Source: Pseudomonas aeruginosa (lineage in GTDB: Bacteria > Pseudomonadota > Gammaproteobacteria > Pseudomonadales > Pseudomonadaceae). Taken from it: a stretch of 32,000 nt of DNA. How positions within the stretch are numbered: the first letter of the stretch is position 1; each line of letters begins with the position of its first letter. The DNA is taken from positions 6,284,980 to 6,316,979 of the forward strand of contig NZ_LN831024.1 of assembly GCF_001457615.1 (NCBI RefSeq). The letters run 5' to 3'. A program made the translations under genes and the position numbers. Under the pieces are notes generated by a model. That model was given only the letters and a program-made list of their open reading frames with translations. It made no database searches and was not told the origin of the DNA. This document shows, one piece after another, positions 24,421 to 32,000 of the stretch.

Positions 24421-26312
24421 CAAGCGCTCTGCTCCAGTTGGCGGCCAGAGGCACGCTTCTTCAGGTGGATCAACAACAGCGAAATCGCAGCCGGCGTGAC
24501 GCCGGGGATCCGCGAAGCCTGTCCGAGGGTTTCCGGACGGGCCTGGTTCAGCTTGTTCTGGATTTCCTTCGACAGGCCGGAAATCCCCAGGTAATCGATA
24601 TCCACAGGCAGGCGGGTATCTTCGCTGGCGCGCAGACGGGAGATTTCCTCCTGCTGGCGGTCGATGTAGCCGGCGTACTTGGTGCGAATCTCCACCTGCT
24701 CGGCCACCTGGGGGTTATCCACAGCGTTGCCGGTGATCTCCACCAGGCCGGCGTAATCGATCTCGGGGCGGCTCAGCAGGTTGAGCAGATTGTATTCATG
24801 GGTCAGCGGCGTACCGAAGCGCTCGGCGATGGCGTCGCCCTGCGGGGTATTCGGCCGCACCCAGGTGCTCTTCAGCCGCTGTTCCTCGCGTTCGATACCT
24901 TCGCGCTTGGCTTCGAAGGCAGCCCAGCGCCGATCGTCGACAAGGCCCAGCTCGCGTCCCTTCTCGGTGAGACGCAGGTCGGCGTTGTCCTCGCGGAGGA
25001 TCAGGCGGTATTCCGCCCGCGAGGTGAACATGCGGTACGGCTCCTGGGTGCCGAGCGTGATCAGGTCGTCCACCAGCACGCCGATGTAGGCCTCGTCGCG
25101 GCGCGGGCACCAGCTGTCCTTGCCTTGCGAACGCAACGCAGCATTGGCGCCGGCCAGCAGGCCCTGGGCGCCAGCTTCCTCGTAGCCGGTGGTGCCGTTG
25201 ATCTGGCCGGCGAAGAACAGGCCGCCGATGACCTTGGTCTCCAGGCTGTACCTGAGATCGCGGGGATCGAAGAAGTCGTACTCGATCGCATAGCCCGGCC
25301 GCACGATGTGGGCGTTTTCCATGCCACGGATGGAACGCACGATCTGCAGTTGCACGTCGAACGGCAGGGACGTGGAAATGCCGTTGGGATACAGCTCGTG
25401 GGTCGTCAGGCCTTCCGGCTCGAGGAAGACCTGGTGGCTTTCCTTGTCGGCGAAGCGATGGATCTTGTCTTCGATCGAAGGGCAGTAGCGCGGGCCGATG
25501 CCTTCGATCACACCGGAATACATCGGCGAACGATCGAGGTTGGCGGCGATGATCTCGTGGGTCCGGGCGTTGGTATGGGTGATCCAGCAACTGACCTGCT
25601 CGGGATGCTGTTCCTTCGAACCGAGGAAGGACATCACCGGGATCGGCGTGTCGCCCGGCTGCTCGGTCATCACCGAGAAGTCCACGCTGCGCCCGTCGAT
25701 CCGCGGCGGCGTACCGGTCTTCAGCCGGCCGACCCGCAGCGGCAATTCACGCAGACGCCGCGCCAGTGCGATGGACGGCGGGTCGCCGGCGCGTCCGCCT
25801 GAGTAGTTCTCCAGGCCGATGTGGATAAGTCCGCCGAGGAAGGTGCCGGTAGTCAGGACCACGTTGTCGGCATGGAAGCGCAGTCCCATCTGGGTCACTA
25901 CGCCGCGGACCTGATCCTGCTCGACGATCAGGTCGTCGCAGGCCTGCTGGAATATCCACAGGTTCGGCTGGTTTTCCAGTGTATGGCGGATAGCGGCCTT
26001 ATAGAGCACGCGATCGGCTTGTGCACGAGTGGCGCGCACTGCCGGCCCCTTGCGGCTGTTAAGGATGCGGAACTGGATACCGCCCTTGTCGGTGGCTTCG
26101 GCCATGGCGCCGCCAAGGGCGTCGATTTCCTTGACCAGATGGCTCTTGCCGATGCCGCCGATGGCGGGGTTGCAGCTCATCTGCCCCAGGGTTTCCACAT
26201 TGTGGGTCAACAGCAGGGTTTTCACACCCATGCGCGCAGCCGCGAGTGCGGCTTCGGTGCCTGCATGGCCACCGCCGATCACGATTACGTCAAAACGGGT
26301 AGGGAAATCCAC
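24420..26312 (-). CDS. mnmG: tRNA uridine 5-carboxymethylaminomethyl modification enzyme MnmG (GidA)
   Basis: FAD motif [15 protein letters not shown] prefer the GTG at 26312 (GAGG 6 nt upstream, giving 630 aa) over the GTG at 26315. Confidence 0.96.
   Translation of the reverse strand: MDFPTRFDVIVIGGGHAGTEAALAAARMGVKTLLLTHNVETLGQMSCNPAIGGIGKSHLVKEIDALGGAMAEATDKGGIQFRILNSRKGPAVRATRAQADRVLYKAAIRHTLENQPNLWIFQQACDDLIVEQDQVRGVVTQMGLRFHADNVVLTTGTFLGGLIHIGLENYSGGRAGDPPSIALARRLRELPLRVGRLKTGTPPRIDGRSVDFSVMTEQPGDTPIPVMSFLGSKEQHPEQVSCWITHTNARTHEIIAANLDRSPMYSGVIEGIGPRYCPSIEDKIHRFADKESHQVFLEPEGLTTHELYPNGISTSLPFDVQLQIVRSIRGMENAHIVRPGYAIEYDFFDPRDLRYSLETKVIGGLFFAGQINGTTGYEEAGAQGLLAGANAALRSQGKDSWCPRRDEAYIGVLVDDLITLGTQEPYRMFTSRAEYRLILREDNADLRLTEKGRELGLVDDRRWAAFEAKREGIEREEQRLKSTWVRPNTPQGDAIAERFGTPLTHEYNLLNLLSRPEIDYAGLVEITGNAVDNPQVAEQVEIRTKYAGYIDRQQEEISRLRASEDTRLPVDIDYLGISGLSKEIQNKLNQARPETLGQASRIPGVTPAAISLLLIHLKKRASGRQLEQSA
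24715..24723 (+). promoter_or_regulatory. Perfect DnaA box TTATCCACA
   Basis: Inside mnmG. The coding strand reads GCT GTG GAT AAC (A-V-D-N). Confidence 0.65.
25820..25828 (-). promoter_or_regulatory. Perfect DnaA box (TGTGGATAA on + strand)
   Basis: Inside mnmG. The coding strand reads CTT ATC CAC ATC (L-I-H-I). Confidence 0.65.
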
Positions 26313-26439
26313 CACGCACCTCGGCCTGTTCAGAAGCAGGAATTCAGGAAAGCCGGACAGTATAAGGATTTAGCGAACCTGAATGAAGACTCCTGGACAA
26401 AAAATAGCCAATCCAGATCGAGGGAGCAAAACGGCTCGG

Positions 26440-26706
26440 CGGGCTTACAAAAAATAAAAGGAAAGGAATGTTTATATCTTTTTAGAACTTGTGTTTATTG
26501 CTTAGCAGCGGCTTTTCTGTTGATAAGTACGTCGAGCCCAGTAAAGACATAGCCTGTAGCGAATGATAAGGCTGTCCCAAACCCTATCTGGGCCCTGTTG
26601 ATAAGCGTTTTTTAGCTGTGGATGGAATGGCTCGTTATCAACATGTGGAGTTATGCACAGAGCTTCGGCGGGTTTATCTACCCTCCTGTCCCTGGGGTTT
26701 TCCACA
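26440..26706. other. oriC-like module upstream of mnmG: AT-rich tract followed by a cluster of DnaA-box variants
   Basis: AT-rich tract 26440-26510. 1-mismatch boxes: TGTTGATAA 26518-26526 and 26596-26604, TTATCAACA 26635-26643, TTATGCACA 26651-26659, TTTTCCACA 26698-26706. 2-mismatch boxes: TGTGGATGG 26617-26625 and TGTGGAGTT 26644-26652. Confidence 0.6.
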
Positions 26707-26784
26707 GGTTTCAGGCGAGCGTATCCGGGCCGCGGCAGGACCGCAGCCAGGTAGGAGAAGGAGATGGAAAGGCGTGGGAAAGGC

Positions 26785-27009
26785 TCAGTCGTTGCCGCTT
26801 TCCAGCGTATCGATGGATGACGACAGGCGCTCGAAGCGGCGCTTGGCGGAGACCTGGAAATCCCGCTCGGAGCCCTCGTTAGCGGGTTTGCGCAGCAGTA
26901 GCCGAGCACTGAGCCCGCTAGAGCGGTCGTAACTGCCGAACCAGTCGATCATCTGTCCGACCTGGCATTCGCCGCCGAGCCACACCGCCAGGTTGGCTAC
27001 GATCTCCAT
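26785..27009 (-). CDS. Hypothetical small protein (74 aa), downstream member of a two-ORF cassette
   Basis: MEIVANLAVWLGGECQVGQMIDWFGSYDRS...IDTLESGND. By my hand count GC3 is 60/74 (about 81%), which is host-like. It has no SD of its own, and its ATG lies 13 nt upstream of the stop of the preceding ORF. I recognise no family. Confidence 0.5.
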   Translation of the reverse strand: MEIVANLAVWLGGECQVGQMIDWFGSYDRSSGLSARLLLRKPANEGSERDFQVSAKRRFERLSSSIDTLESGND

Positions 27010-27305
27010 GCTGTAGTGTCCGAGTGCTCGCCGTGGGACGCCTTGGGAGCCGAAGGCGAGGGCCCCGCCTGGCCGGTATCGACGGAGTCCAGGGTCTGCA
27101 ACAGCTCTTTTCGCAGAATCTCTTCCAGGCTTGTGGATAAACCGCTTACCGGGTTGACTTGCGTGCACGGAACGTCCCGGCGCGTGGCGATAGCGCCAGG
27201 CGAGACAACGGGATAGATACGCCGTTCGAGAGGGGCGAGCAGATAGAGATTGACCACAGCGCAGCGCCTTCGCGGACGCCGGATCGGAGCGCGGTGCCTG
27301 TGCAT
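26997..27305 (-). CDS. Hypothetical protein (102 aa from ATG 27305), upstream member of a two-ORF cassette
   Basis: GGGAGAGG lies 3 nt (GGAG core 6 nt) upstream of ATG 27305. Over the last 86 codons my hand count gives GC1/GC2/GC3 of about 64/52/70%, the coding-type ordering but below host GC3. The basic N-terminus is MHRHRAPIRRPRRR, followed by ...LEEILRKELLQTLDSVD.... I recognise no family. Confidence 0.4.
   Translation of the reverse strand: MHRHRAPIRRPRRRCAVVNLYLLAPLERRIYPVVSPGAIATRRDVPCTQVNPVSGLSTSLEEILRKELLQTLDSVDTGQAGPSPSAPKASHGEHSDTTAWRS
27132..27140 (-). promoter_or_regulatory. Perfect DnaA box (TGTGGATAA on + strand)
   Basis: Inside the 102-aa hypothetical ORF as GGT TTA TCC ACA AGC (G-L-S-T-S). 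Confidence 0.7.
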
Positions 27306-27472
27306 AAACCTCTCCCAGGTGGATATCCATCCCATGCAGACCGACATCGGCGCAGATGGTTTTCTCGGGGACGAAGCGGCGCGCCGGCAATCCATGCCTG
27401 CGTGGTTGAGTGCCGGCGGCAAGGGGCACAGTGAAAGGAAAGTACGCAGAACCGGAGCGAACCTTGCCCTGG

Positions 27473-27481
27473 TTATCCACA
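27473..27481 (+). promoter_or_regulatory. Perfect DnaA box TTATCCACA
   Basis: 22 nt beyond the mnmE stop codon, next to the small hairpin CTCGGC-GTGG-GCCGAG (27484-27499). Confidence 0.7.
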
Positions 27482-27503
27482 ACTCGGCGTGGGCCGAGCC
27501 CCA

Positions 27504-28871
27504 TTACTTGCCGATGCAGAAACTCGAGAAGATGCGACCCAGCAGGTCGTCGGGGGTGAATGCGCCGGTGATTTCGCCCAGGTGCTGCTGGGCCTGGCGC
27601 AGATCCTCGGCCAGCAGTTCGCCGGCGCCATTGTGGATAAGTTGGCTGTGGCCATGCTCCAGCGCCTGCCCTGCCAGGCGTAGCGCTTCCAAGTGGCGCC
27701 GGCGGGCGCTGAAACCGCTTTCCGCGGTCTGTTCGAAGCCCATGCAGGCCTTCAGGTGTTCGCGCAGCAGCTCCAGGCCGGCGCCGGTGCGCGCCGAGAG
27801 GGTGATGGTGACGTGGCCGTCCGCGCTTTCCTCGAGGCCAATGGACTCTGTGGACAAATCCGCCTTGTTGCGGATCAGGGTGACCTTGCCCGGTTCCGGT
27901 CGCTGGTCGAGAAACTCCGGCCATAGGGAAAACGGGTCCGCTGCTTCCGGGGCGGTGGCGTCCACCACCAGCAGCACGCGATCGGCTTCGCCGATGGCTT
28001 TCAGCGCACGTTCCACGCCGATCTTTTCCACATGGTCCTCGGTATCCCGCAGGCCTGCGGTGTCCACCACATGCAGGGGCATGCCATCGATGTGGATATG
28101 TTCGCGCAATACATCGCGGGTGGTGCCGGCTATGTCCGTGACGATGGCCGCCTCGCGACCGGCCAGGGCATTCAGCAGGCTGGACTTGCCGGCATTCGGT
28201 CGTCCGGCGATGACCACGGTCATGCCGTCGCGCAGCAGGGCGCCTTGGGAAGCTTCGCGCTGCACTGTGGATAATTCTGTGCGTACTTTTTCCAGAAGCC
28301 CCAGTACATGGCCATCGGCGAGGAAGTCGATTTCTTCCTCGGGGAAGTCGATGGCGGCTTCGACATAGATGCGCAGGGAAATCAGTTGCTCGGTCAATGC
28401 ATGTACCCGGCGTGAGAATTCGCCCTGCAGGGAACGCAATGCATTGCGCGCGGCCTGCTCCGAGCTGGCCTCGATCAGATCGGCGATGGCTTCGGCCTGG
28501 GCCAGGTCGAGCTTGTCGTTGAGGAACGCGCGCTCGCTGAACTCGCCCGGTCGCGCCTGGCGGGCGCCCAGTTCCAGACAACGCTGCACCAGCAGGTCGA
28601 GTACCACGGGGCCGCCGTGCCCCTGCAGTTCGAGTACGTCTTCGCCGGTGAACGAGTTCGGGCCGGGGAAATACAGTGACAGGCCTTCGTCGATCACCTG
28701 CCCACCGGCATCGAGGAACGGTCCGTAATGCGCATGCCGGGCTTTCAGCTGGCGTCCGCTCACGGCCACGGCCATCTGTCCGGCGAGAGGTCCGGAGACG
28801 CGGACGATTCCCACGCCGCCGCGGCCCTGGGCGGTAGCGATCGCGACGATGGTTTCGGTGGCGGCTTGCAT
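27504..28871 (-). CDS. mnmE: tRNA modification GTPase MnmE (TrmE/ThdF)
   Basis: The start is set at ATG 28871 ([27 protein letters not shown]), with GGAG upstream. It has the G1 motif GRPNAGKSS and the C-terminal CIGK. 455 aa. Confidence 0.96.
   Translation of the reverse strand: MQAATETIVAIATAQGRGGVGIVRVSGPLAGQMAVAVSGRQLKARHAHYGPFLDAGGQVIDEGLSLYFPGPNSFTGEDVLELQGHGGPVVLDLLVQRCLELGARQARPGEFSERAFLNDKLDLAQAEAIADLIEASSEQAARNALRSLQGEFSRRVHALTEQLISLRIYVEAAIDFPEEEIDFLADGHVLGLLEKVRTELSTVQREASQGALLRDGMTVVIAGRPNAGKSSLLNALAGREAAIVTDIAGTTRDVLREHIHIDGMPLHVVDTAGLRDTEDHVEKIGVERALKAIGEADRVLLVVDATAPEAADPFSLWPEFLDQRPEPGKVTLIRNKADLSTESIGLEESADGHVTITLSARTGAGLELLREHLKACMGFEQTAESGFSARRRHLEALRLAGQALEHGHSQLIHNGAGELLAEDLRQAQQHLGEITGAFTPDDLLGRIFSSFCIGK
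27632..27640 (-). promoter_or_regulatory. Perfect DnaA box (TGTGGATAA on + strand)
   Basis: Inside mnmE. The coding strand reads CTT ATC CAC AAT (L-I-H-N). Confidence 0.65.
28266..28274 (-). promoter_or_regulatory. Perfect DnaA box (TGTGGATAA on + strand)
   Basis: Inside mnmE. The coding strand reads GAA TTA TCC ACA GTG (E-L-S-T-V), again with the rare TTA codon. Confidence 0.65.
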
Positions 28872-28890
28872 GTGGATATCTCCGGATAGC

Positions 28891-28915
28891 AAGACGCCCC
28901 TCGAGGGGGCGTCTT
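28891..28915. other. Perfect 10-bp palindromic hairpin in the yidC-mnmE spacer
   Basis: AAGACGCCCC-TCGAG-GGGGCGTCTT, flanked by the DnaA-box variants TGTGGATAT (28871-28879, overlapping the mnmE ATG) and TGTGGACAG (28918-28926). Confidence 0.5.
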
Positions 28916-28941
28916 GTTGTGGACAGTTTTCGCGATAGACG

Positions 28942-30678
28942 TCAGGCGGTCTTCGCGGCTGCTTCGATCTTGCGGGTAATGTACCACTGCTGTGCGATCG
29001 ACAGGCAGTTGTTGACTACCCAGTACAGCACCAGACCGGCTGGGAACCAGAGGAAGAAGAAGGTGAAGATGATCGGCATCAGTTTCATCACCTTGGCCTG
29101 CATCGGGTCCGGCGGGGTCGGGTTGAGCATCTGCTGGATCAGCATGGTGCCGCCCATGACGATCGGCAGGATGAAGAACGGATCCTTCACCGACAGGTCG
29201 GTGATCCAGCCGAGCCACGGCGCCTGGCGCATTTCCACGCTTTCCAGGAGTACCCAGTAGAGGGAGAGGAAGACCGGCATCTGGACCAGGATCGGCAGGC
29301 AGCCGCCCAGCGGATTGATCTTCTCCTTCTTGTACAGCTCCATCATCGCCTGGGACATCTTCTGCCGATCGTCGCCGTGCTGTTCCTTGATCGCCTGCAT
29401 CTTCGGCGACACCGCGCGCATGCGCGCCATCGAACGGTAGCTGGCGGCGGACAACGGGAAGAAGGCCAGCTTGATCAGGACGGTCAGGGCGATGATCGAC
29501 CAGCCCCAGTTGCCGATCAGGCTGTGGATATGTTGCAGCAGCCAGAAGATCGGCTGGGCGATGAACCAAAGGAAACCGTAGTCGACGGTCAGTTCCAGGC
29601 CCGGGGAGAGTTCCTTCAGGTGCTTCTGGAGTTTCGGGCCGGCATACAGGGTCAGGTCGGTTTCCACCTTGCTACCCGCCGGAACGCTCAGGGTCGGGCC
29701 GGTGAAACCGACGATGTAGTTGCCCTGGCCGTCCTTGCGGGTCATGACCTGGTGCTGCTCGCCCTTGGTCGGAACCCAGGCGGTCACGAAGTAGTGTTGC
29801 AGCCAGGCGACCCAGCCACCCTGCACGGACTCCTTGAACTGTTCCTTGTCCATGTCCTTGGTGGAGATCTTCTTGTACGGCGAATCCGGGGTCCAGACCG
29901 CGGCGCCGAGGTAGGTGGACACCCCGGTGGCGGTGGTCGAGGACGGGTCGGCGCTGCCGTCGCGCTTGAGCTGGGCGAACAGGTTGCCGCTCCAGGTCTT
30001 GCCGCTCTGGTTGTCGATCAGGTAGCTGACGCCGACCTGATAGGCGTTTTCATTGATGCACTCGATCTTCTTCTGGGCCTTTTCCTTGTCCGAGCAATCG
30101 GCTTTCAGGCCACGGTGGAAGGTGAAGCGCTTGATGTAGTTGACACCGTCGTGGCTGAAGCTCAGGTCCACGACCAGTTCGTTCTGGCCGTCGGCCAACT
30201 GGTAGCTGCTCTGCGCACTGTGGAACAGCGGGCGGCCGGCGCTGCTGGCGTCCGGGCCGTCGGCACCGGTGAGGCCGCTCTGCGCCAGGTAGGTACGTTC
30301 GCGACCGTTGTCGAACAGCGGGAACGGCACGTCCGGACGGTCCAGGCGGCGCGGATACTGCAACAGGCCGAGCTGGACGATATCGCCGCCACGGGGATCG
30401 ATGGCCAGGTCGAGGACGTCGGTCTTCACCTGGATCAGCTTGTCGCTGACCGCAACCGGCTTGTCGGCGGCTTCGCTGCCGGCCGCGCTGCTCTGGGCAG
30501 TGGGAACGTCACTGCTGGTGCCCGAGGCGGACGGAGTGTCCGGCAGGCCTTGCGTGGTGTTCATCGAAGCGCTGGCGGCGGGCAGCTCAGGCTGACCGTA
30601 ATCCTTGTTCCACTGGAGAACCAGCAGGTAGGACACGACTGCAAGGGCGACGATGAGAATCGAGCGTTGAATGTCCAT
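28942..30678 (-). CDS. yidC: Membrane protein insertase YidC
   Basis: 578 aa with an N-terminal TM, a large periplasmic domain and the conserved C-terminal 5-TM core (...[15 protein letters not shown]...). Confidence 0.97.
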   Translation of the reverse strand: MDIQRSILIVALAVVSYLLVLQWNKDYGQPELPAASASMNTTQGLPDTPSASGTSSDVPTAQSSAAGSEAADKPVAVSDKLIQVKTDVLDLAIDPRGGDIVQLGLLQYPRRLDRPDVPFPLFDNGRERTYLAQSGLTGADGPDASSAGRPLFHSAQSSYQLADGQNELVVDLSFSHDGVNYIKRFTFHRGLKADCSDKEKAQKKIECINENAYQVGVSYLIDNQSGKTWSGNLFAQLKRDGSADPSSTTATGVSTYLGAAVWTPDSPYKKISTKDMDKEQFKESVQGGWVAWLQHYFVTAWVPTKGEQHQVMTRKDGQGNYIVGFTGPTLSVPAGSKVETDLTLYAGPKLQKHLKELSPGLELTVDYGFLWFIAQPIFWLLQHIHSLIGNWGWSIIALTVLIKLAFFPLSAASYRSMARMRAVSPKMQAIKEQHGDDRQKMSQAMMELYKKEKINPLGGCLPILVQMPVFLSLYWVLLESVEMRQAPWLGWITDLSVKDPFFILPIVMGGTMLIQQMLNPTPPDPMQAKVMKLMPIIFTFFFLWFPAGLVLYWVVNNCLSIAQQWYITRKIEAAAKTA

Positions 30679-30680
30679 GG

Positions 30681-30926
30681 TTACTCGGCCATCGAGAAAG
30701 GGCGGTGCTTGAAGGAAACTGACAGTAGCAGATCGCGGCTACGGGATTGCCAGTGATGGAGCCGAGTGGAGGAAACCGCACTCGGGCGACCATTGCGTCG
30801 CGGGCCATGCTGCGCGATAGCCTCGTACGCTAGGGAAGTACAACTTGGCTGGGAACGACGGTGCCGGGTCATCGAAGGGGGGATGACACTACAGGGATCG
30901 GGATGCGCGGGCATCGACCTATGCAT
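30681..30926 (-). CDS. yidD: 81-aa ORF in the yidD position (rnpA-yidC spacer); a partial YidD signature only, so possibly degenerate
   Basis: It fills the slot where yidD sits in most proteobacteria. It retains P-S-C...A-Y-E-A-I-x-x-H-G. It lacks the first Cys of C-R-F-x-P-S/T-C-S, reads R-L-H-H-W where R-C-H-P-W is expected, and has no GG-x-D-P-V-P. GC3 is only about 64% (52/81, hand count). Confidence 0.35.
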
Positions 30927-31326
30927 GAGTACCGTCGGCCACGCCAGGGGCGTCAGCAGGGCTTTCCGTGCGAGGTCGATTGCGCAACAGGCGTTTCCAG
31001 AGCTTGCCGAACTGCTGGTGCAGCTCCGGATTTTCCAGTTCGCCCAGGCCTTTGCGCGCGATCACCACGATATCCCAGCCAGCCAGGGTTTCCTGGTTAT
31101 GGCGGAACGATTCGCGGATCAGGCGTTTGAGGCGATTGCGCTGGACGGCGAGCTTGACGTTCTTCTTGCCGATCACCAGGCCCAGGCGGGGGTGATCGAG
31201 ACCGTTCTCGCGCGCCAGCAGCAGGACGTGCTTGCCGGGGACCTTGCCGGTCGGAGAGTCGAAGACTGCGCTGAATTGCCGGGCTGTCAGTAGACGCTTG
31301 TCCCGGTCGAAGTCCCGACTCACCAC
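30919..31326 (-). CDS. rnpA: Ribonuclease P protein component
   Basis: 135 aa with a GTG start. It carries the RNR motif region [19 protein letters not shown] and lies downstream of rpmH. Confidence 0.95.
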
Positions 31327-31340
31327 CCGTACCGGATAAA

Positions 31341-31475
31341 TCAGACGGTCAGACGCTTACGGCCTTTGGCGCGACGACGCGACAGAACCTGACGGCCGTT
31401 CTTGGTGGCCATACGGGCGCGGAAACCGTGGACGCGAGCGCGCTTGAGGGTGCTGGGTTGGAAAGTACGTTTCAT
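31341..31475 (-). CDS. rpmH: 50S ribosomal protein L34
   Basis: My hand translation of the minus strand gives [44 protein letters not shown] (44 aa). It falls below the ORF-track length cutoff. Confidence 0.97.
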
Positions 31476-31534
31476 GATTCGGTACCTGGGTTGACGACTT
31501 GAGGTCGCAGTGACCCCGTTTAAAGAGACCGGCG

Positions 31535-31563
31535 ATTCTAGTGAAATCGAACGGGCAGGTCAA
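31535..31563 (-). promoter_or_regulatory. Sigma70-type promoter of rpmH-rnpA
   Basis: The minus strand reads TTGACC (31563-31558), a 17-nt spacer, then TAGAAT (31540-31535), about 60 nt upstream of the rpmH ATG. Confidence 0.6.
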
Positions 31564-31774
31564 TTTCCAACCAGCGATGACGTAATAGATAGATACAAGG
31601 AAGTCATTTTTCTTTTAAAGGATAGAAACGGTTAATGCTCTTGGGACGGCGCTTTTCTGTGCATAACTCGATGAAGCCCAGCAATTGCGTGTTTCTCCGG
31701 CAGGCAAAAGGTTGTCGAGAACCGGTGTCGAGGCTGTTTCCTTCCTGAGCGAAGCCTGGGGATGAACGAGATGG

Positions 31775-31783
31775 TTATCCACA
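31775..31783 (+). promoter_or_regulatory. Perfect DnaA box TTATCCACA (oriC)
   Basis: Read directly. It is followed 6 nt later by the 1-mismatch box TTTTCCACA (31790-31798). Confidence 0.85.
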
Positions 31784-31836
31784 GCGGTTTTTTCCACACG
31801 GCTGTGCGCAGGGATGTACCCCCTTCAAAGCAAGGG

Positions 31837-31845
31837 TTATCCACA
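31837..31845 (+). promoter_or_regulatory. Perfect DnaA box TTATCCACA (oriC)
   Basis: Read directly from the sequence. Confidence 0.85.
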
Positions 31846-31922
31846 AAGTCCAGGACGACCGTCCGTCGGCCTGCCTGCTTTTATTAAGGTCTTGATTTGC
31901 TTGGGGCCTCAGCGCATCGGCA

Positions 31923-31931
31923 TGTGGATAA
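31923..31931 (-). promoter_or_regulatory. Perfect DnaA box (TGTGGATAA on + strand) (oriC)
   Basis: Read directly from the sequence. Confidence 0.85.
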
Positions 31932-32000
31932 GTCCGGCCCGTCCGGCTACAATAGGCGCTTATTTCGTTGTGCCGCCTTTCCAATCTTTGGGGGATATCC

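Larger units (their letters stand above)
31565..32000. other. oriC: Chromosomal replication origin oriC (rpmH-dnaA intergenic), truncated by the window end
   Basis: AT-rich tract 31580-31640 with direct repeats GATAGATAC (31588-31596) and GATAGAAAC (31621-31629). Perfect DnaA boxes at 31775, 31837 and 31923, plus 1-mismatch boxes TGTGCATAA (31658-31666) and TTTTCCACA (31790-31798). This is the location where the Pseudomonas oriC is known to lie. Confidence 0.85.

Noticed and set aside
26340-26520. E. coli-type origin hallmarks (GATC clusters, GATCTnTTnTTTT 13-mers) in the mnmG-upstream AT-rich tract
   Set aside because: There is only one GATC (26415-26418) and no good 13-mer match. The module resembles the Pseudomonas oriC edge, not the enterobacterial DUE.
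27159-27434. 91-aa plus-strand ORF opposite the 102-aa hypothetical ORF
   Set aside because: It has only a TTG start and no SD. GC3 collapses in its second half. The minus-strand frame shows the better GC1/GC2/GC3 pattern and a good SD.
27010-28581. Upstream part of the 598-aa minus-strand ORF 26785..28581
   Set aside because: It is out of frame with mnmE and has an Arg/Pro-rich translation. Only the terminal 74 codons show host-like GC3.
31357-31563. 68-aa minus-strand ORF overlapping rpmH
   Set aside because: It is the wrong frame of the rpmH locus. The 44-aa L34 frame (31341..31475) is unmistakable.

Overview
The window looks like the origin-proximal core chromosome of a Pseudomonas aeruginosa-type genome (high GC, GC3-rich ORFs, gene order matching PA5540 to PA5570 as I recall that locus). 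Left to right it holds: the tail of a hexapeptide-repeat protein, a pyrQ-type dihydroorotase, a beta-lactamase-family serine hydrolase, a TAXI-type TRAP transporter operon (DUF1850, fused permease, binding protein), a cyclopropane-fatty-acid-synthase-like methyltransferase, a HAD-IB hydrolase, an MFS transporter, glmS-glmR-M23 peptidase-glmU, the full atpIBEFHAGDC operon, parB-parA(soj), rsmG(gidB), mnmG(gidA), a ~1.2 kb lower-GC gap with two small overlapping ORFs, then mnmE(trmE), yidC, a yidD-position ORF, rnpA and rpmH. It ends inside the dnaA-proximal oriC. I saw no tRNA, rRNA, CRISPR array, IS element or integrase. The main signal that the genes do not explain is DnaA-box architecture. 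There are 14 perfect TTATCCACA 9-mers, against about 0.06 expected from composition. Most sit inside ORFs and are spelled with rare codons. They form three groups beyond the canonical oriC: a dense cluster over pyrQ and the beta-lactamase-family gene, an oriC-like module (AT-rich tract plus box variants) directly upstream of mnmG that is colinear with the AT-rich edge of the true oriC, and an array inside mnmE. Secondary items are a possibly translationally coupled two-ORF cassette inside the origin-like gap and a yidD-position ORF that seems to have lost the YidD cysteine/proline motifs. Everything here is hand reading of the sequence. No database search or program was run.
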